NCBI GenBank assembly: GCA_963674695.2
Contig: CAXXGI010000003.1
Span: 576,001-640,000, forward strand
Length of the DNA: 64,000 nucleotides
Source: a bacterium
Lineage (GTDB): Bacteria; UBA10199; 2-02-FULL-44-16; JAAZCA01
Direction of reading: 5' to 3'
Shown: one piece after another, positions 60,223 to 64,000 of the stretch
Position numbering within the stretch: position 1 is the stretch's first letter
How the letters are laid out: each line of letters begins with the position of its first letter
The notes under the pieces: generated by a model
What the model saw: only the letters and a program-made list of their open reading frames with translations
Database searches by the model: none
Told to the model about the DNA's origin: nothing
Made by a program: the position numbers and the translations under genes

Positions 60223-60549
60223 ATGACCTACAATCGTTGGACAACCGCCATCATGCTCAACGCCTTCGTCTTTCCCGGTGCCGGGCATTGGCTCATCGGT
60301 CGTCGCCTTTCCGGCGTGATCATCGGCGTGCTCGCCGTTATCTTTTTGATGACACCGCTAGCGGCCTACACGCGGACCACACTGCACCTCTTTTCACTCC
60401 TGAAGTACAAGGGCACCGGTCTTTCGATGATGGGCCAGGCGTGGACCATGAACCAAGACCTCATCCTCTGGTGCCTGGCCGGCCTCGTGATCACCTGGGG
60501 ATTTGGAATTCTGGATCTGGTGGTGAGGCGGCGACGCCGTGAACAGTGA
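60223..60549 (+). CDS. Small membrane protein
   Basis: FPGAGHW motif, hydrophobic segments, basic tail. Confidence 0.7.
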   Translation: MTYNRWTTAIMLNAFVFPGAGHWLIGRRLSGVIIGVLAVIFLMTPLAAYTRTTLHLFSLLKYKGTGLSMMGQAWTMNQDLILWCLAGLVITWGFGILDLVVRRRRREQ

Positions 60550-60624
60550 ACCGTAAACGGTGAACAGCAATCCATTCGATATCACACCACCTCACCAACT
60601 CAAAACCGCCTTAGATGAGATATA

Positions 60625-60675
60625 TTGACAGTATCGGTGTAATGTCCTACACTCATCGGTGTAAGCACATACACC
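60625..60675 (+). promoter_or_regulatory. Sigma70 promoter with two palindromic operators
   Basis: TTGACA-17-TACACT; GGTGTA-N6-TACAC at 60636 and 60658. Confidence 0.75.
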
Positions 60676-60682
60676 GCCCATT

Positions 60683-61222
60683 ATGCTCAACTTACGTTCC
60701 AAAGTCGCGCGCGAACTCTTGAGTTTCTTCTTTCTCCACGAGGAGGAGGGATACTATGTCAATGAACTCGCGCGCCGTCTCAAACTCGACAAACGCAACA
60801 TGGCCAAGAAGCTCGCCGAGTTCGAAGCGGATGGGCTCTTTCAGTCCACCCTGTCCGGACATCAGAAGTACTATTCGCTGAACCGCTCCTTCCCCCTCTA
60901 TCAGGAATACCGTCAGTTCGTCCTCAAGACAGCCGGTCTGGAGGCACAGCTTCGCGAGGCACTTCGAGAGATCCCAGGCATCTCGCACGCCTACCTGTAT
61001 GGTTCCTACGCCTCAAACCGCATGGACGCATCGAGTGACATCGACCTCATCATCATCGGCGACCACAAGGTCATCGAAGTTCAGCAGGCCATAGCCGCAT
61101 TGCAGAAGAAGCTCGATCGCGAGATCAACCTGGTCAACCTGAGCGAAGACGAGTTCCGTGCGAAGGCCGACGATCCCTTCCTCGTCGACATCATGAAGAA
61201 CGATCGACTGCAGCTCATATGA
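60683..61222 (+). CDS. wHTH + minimal nucleotidyltransferase (MNT-type antitoxin)
   Basis: YVNELARRL HTH; YGSYA...SDIDLIIIG. Confidence 0.88.
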   Translation: MLNLRSKVARELLSFFFLHEEEGYYVNELARRLKLDKRNMAKKLAEFEADGLFQSTLSGHQKYYSLNRSFPLYQEYRQFVLKTAGLEAQLREALREIPGISHAYLYGSYASNRMDASSDIDLIIIGDHKVIEVQQAIAALQKKLDREINLVNLSEDEFRAKADDPFLVDIMKNDRLQLI

Positions 61223-61270
61223 CAACATTCGAGACAAAATATTTTCGGAATATCTCGAGTATATCGACGC
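61219..61270 (+). pseudogene. Possible 5' remnant of a cognate HEPN-type gene
   Basis: ATGA-coupled start MTTFETKYF, after which the frame runs into repeat DNA; end approximate. Confidence 0.35.
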
Positions 61271-61369
61271 CATCATCACACAGATTGAAGCTCGCATTGA
61301 CCGGGATTGATCGATGCTTGAGCCATCTCACCATCCAGCCATCTCACGATCTCACCAAAGGAGCTCATT

Positions 61370-61573
61370 ATGCCCGAATGCAACAAAGCCAAGAACATGA
61401 ACCATTGCACCTGCACGTATGACCCCTGCTCCCACAAGGGCGTCTGCTGCGAGTGTCTGCAATTTCACTGGAAGAACAAGGAACTCCCCGGCTGCCTCTT
61501 TCCCGAAGACTCCGAACGCAGCTACGATCGCTCGCTGAGAAACTTCATTGAGGTGTGGCAGAAAAGGCTGTAA
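61370..61573 (+). CDS. Small Cys-rich protein (DUF6485-like)
   Basis: CTCTYDPCSHKGVCCECLQFH...LPGCLFP...YDRS; AAGGAG RBS. Confidence 0.8.
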   Translation: MPECNKAKNMNHCTCTYDPCSHKGVCCECLQFHWKNKELPGCLFPEDSERSYDRSLRNFIEVWQKRL

Positions 61574-61670
61574 ACTGTTGTTCGTGAACGAGAAAGACCG
61601 GACAACGCTGCATGACGCCGTACAGTCGCTGGTCTTGCGCGAACAGTGACCGACGCAGCGGGAGGCTTCC

Positions 61671-62810
61671 ATGAAAATCGAGCAAAAACAATGGACGACG
61701 GTCGATGGCTGGACGGCGTGCTGCGGCGGGTTGGAAGGAGGAACAGCCGAGCTCGTCCTCGTATTCGGAGCGACGGCGCTGCTCAAGGAGAAAAGTCTGC
61801 TGGAGGAAATCTCCGGGATGTATCCTGAGGCCCATGTCTGCGGCTGTTCGACGGCCGGCGAGATCTGCTGCACGGACGTTCGCGACGATTCCCTCGTGGT
61901 GACGGCTATCCATTTTGAGCGGACACAGGTGCAACCGGCTTCGATATCCATGAAGGAGGTCCAAGACAGCCGCGAAGCGGGAGAGCGACTCGCGCGACTG
62001 CTCCCGAAGGAGCAGCTGGTTCACGTCTTTGTCCTTTCCGACGGCCTGGCCGTCAACGGGAGTGACCTGGTCAGGGGAATGACGGAGCATCTGCCGCCGT
62101 CGGTGACGATCACAGGTGGTTTGGCTGGAGACGGAGCACGTTTTCAGGAGACACTCGTGCTGAGCGACGGAGCGTCGGTTTCCGATGTCATCACCGCCGT
62201 CGGTTTCTACGGGGATGGCCTCAAGGTCGGTCACGGATCTTTCGGAGGATGGGATCCCTTCGGCCCCGATCGCCTGATCACGCGATCCAAGGGAAACGTG
62301 CTCTTTGAAATGGATGGCACATCGGCGCTCGTGCTCTACAAGGAGTACCTCGGCGAATACGCCGATGATCTTCCGGCAGCGGGATTACTCTTCCCCTTGA
62401 GCGTCCGAGAACAGGGAAGCGAAATCAGCTATGTCCGCACCCTCCTTGCGGTGGATGAGGATGCGGGGAGTCTGACATTTGCGGGCGACGTGCCCCAAGG
62501 CGCTACGGCTCGCCTTATGAAGGCGAACTTCGATCGTTTGATCGACGGGGCCGTCCAAGCGTCACATGCCGGTTTGGAGATGGTCGGTTCAGTGCCGCCC
62601 GACCTGGCGATACTCATCAGCTGCATCGGTCGGAAACTCGTTCTCAAACAGCGGGTTGAGGAGGAAGTCGAGGGTGTTCGCGACGTACTGGGAGGGCAGT
62701 GCTTTCTGACGGGTTTTTACTCCTATGGGGAGATCGCCCCTGCCTTGTCCGGAATCCCCGCAGGGCTTCATAACCAGACCATGACGATCACGACGTTATC
62801 GGAGAAATGA
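61671..62810 (+). CDS. FIST signal-transduction protein
   Basis: GCSTAGEI, GGLAGD, GWDPFG, SCIGRK, GFYSYGEI, LHNQT. Confidence 0.93.
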   Translation: MKIEQKQWTTVDGWTACCGGLEGGTAELVLVFGATALLKEKSLLEEISGMYPEAHVCGCSTAGEICCTDVRDDSLVVTAIHFERTQVQPASISMKEVQDSREAGERLARLLPKEQLVHVFVLSDGLAVNGSDLVRGMTEHLPPSVTITGGLAGDGARFQETLVLSDGASVSDVITAVGFYGDGLKVGHGSFGGWDPFGPDRLITRSKGNVLFEMDGTSALVLYKEYLGEYADDLPAAGLLFPLSVREQGSEISYVRTLLAVDEDAGSLTFAGDVPQGATARLMKANFDRLIDGAVQASHAGLEMVGSVPPDLAILISCIGRKLVLKQRVEEEVEGVRDVLGGQCFLTGFYSYGEIAPALSGIPAGLHNQTMTITTLSEK

Positions 62811-63505
62811 TGCCAGTCACTCATACCCTTCTCAAACGGCAATTGCGGAAGATCTTCGGCGAGGGATATGAGATCCCCGAGCCAATGCGGCCATTGATCG
62901 ATGCGGTGGACGAGGCCTACCAGAGCTTCGACGCCGATCGCCTCCTCCTCGAGCGCTCGCTCGACCTGACCTCACGCGAAATGTCCGAACAGAAGGAATC
63001 GCTCAGGCGACTCGCTGATGAATGGCAGACGACCTTCGACTCGGACAACGACCTCATCCTGGTCATCAGCCATGACCAGCGCGTCATCAGGATCAACCGC
63101 GCCACCTGTGCGTTTCTGGAAAAACCGGCCGAGGAGATCATCGGCAAGCATTGCTGGGAACTCTTTCACGGCACGAAGGCCCCGCCGGACTTTTGTCCCT
63201 ATCGGCGCGTACTCGAGAGCAAGCAGCGCGAGTCGGCTGAGCTCCATCTGAAGGAGAAGAATATCTGGATCTCCGTCGTCGTCGATCCCATCCTCGACGA
63301 GCAGGACGACGTAGTCGGCGCGGTCCAGATTTCCAGAGACGTCACCGAACGCAAGCGCACAGAGCAAGATCTCGAAGCGAAGATGAAGCAACTTGCGAAG
63401 CTCAACGAGATCATGTTGACGCGAGAAATTCGTGTCGTCGAGATGAAGGAAGAGGTCAACACCCTCCTCAAAGAACTTGGACGAAAACCGAAGTACGCGG
63501 GGTAA
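62807..63505 (+). CDS. PAS-domain protein without catalytic output domain
   Basis: HTLLKRQL N-terminus, PAS (IGKHCWELFHG...RDVTERK), coiled-coil C-terminus. Confidence 0.85.
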   Translation: MMPVTHTLLKRQLRKIFGEGYEIPEPMRPLIDAVDEAYQSFDADRLLLERSLDLTSREMSEQKESLRRLADEWQTTFDSDNDLILVISHDQRVIRINRATCAFLEKPAEEIIGKHCWELFHGTKAPPDFCPYRRVLESKQRESAELHLKEKNIWISVVVDPILDEQDDVVGAVQISRDVTERKRTEQDLEAKMKQLAKLNEIMLTREIRVVEMKEEVNTLLKELGRKPKYAG

Positions 63506-63532
63506 CGGGATAAGCACTTCAACAGTGAACAG

Positions 63533-63565
63533 CAAAAGGCCGGGGTTGCCCCCGGCCTTGTTTTT
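63533..63565. terminator. Bidirectional intrinsic terminator
   Basis: AAGGCCGGGG-ttg-CCCCGGCCTT followed by a T tract, between convergent genes. Confidence 0.8.
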
Positions 63566-63586
63566 CATCTCATCCACCATTTCTAC

Positions 63587-64000
63587 CTACTCCGGAACGG
63601 TGATTTCGATCATCTCTGAATCTTCACCCTCAACTCCAACACTATTTTTCGTTCCGATGACGAAGATGTGCTCCGATCCTGGAGTCCAATCGGTCGGACA
63701 GTAATTGTCGTAGGAAAAGGACGTGGTTGTCACAAGTGTCGTCGTCACATAATTCCCATTCCCATCGATATATGGTTCTCCATCGATACCAAGGCCAACG
63801 CTCTTGATCAGATATCGATCTGCCAACGCAACGGGTCGCCAAGAAAATGCAATGCACCCATTCGCATACACGACCGACACCTCCGTCGGTGCAGGCGGGA
63901 CGTCAGTGGACGTGGAGGTTCGAGGTGTTGCTTCGACCTCATCTTGCGTGAGACTTCGCTCACCGAACTGATTGACGGCAAAGACCCGATACCGCCAAGG
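63587..64000 (-). CDS. C-terminal part of a fibronectin type III domain protein (continues beyond window)
   Basis: Open frame from 64000: WRYRVFAVNQFGE...PPAPTEV...FSW...KNSVGVEG. Confidence 0.75.
   Translation of the reverse strand, partial: PWRYRVFAVNQFGERSLTQDEVEATPRTSTSTDVPPAPTEVSVVYANGCIAFSWRPVALADRYLIKSVGLGIDGEPYIDGNGNYVTTTLVTTTSFSYDNYCPTDWTPGSEHIFVIGTKNSVGVEGEDSEMIEITVPE

Overview
High-GC bacterial chromosome segment. The gene content and order (rpsA-sppA-ihfB-HIT-lapA, phoH-HDIG-ybeY-lnt-prfB, lysS-lolC/E/D-bamA-skp, yicC-gmk-rel, dnaK, dnaJ, a MYXO-CTERM-like protein) suggest a deltaproteobacterial/Myxococcota-like diderm; this is inference. Most coding sequence is housekeeping, with one tRNA-Gly and a frameshifted prfB. 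The intergenic DNA carries several small-repeat families: REP-like hairpin pairs, IS-end-bounded MITEs that carry those hairpins, and 7-8 bp short-period inverted arrays. The most unusual locus is a ~760 bp imperfect palindrome at 59312-60075. It holds two divergent four-helix-bundle paralogues whose DNA alternates between perfectly identical and fully diverged blocks, a loop-less central palindrome, and co-varying hairpins over both stop codons. Other points of interest: a shared GCAAC-N14/15-GCCGATAA promoter-like motif before orphan genes, two tandem coiled-coil orphans with a shared C-terminal motif, and several apparent pseudo-enzymes (M49 peptidase, alpha/beta hydrolase, atypical YbeY). 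All family assignments come from motif recognition, not database searches.
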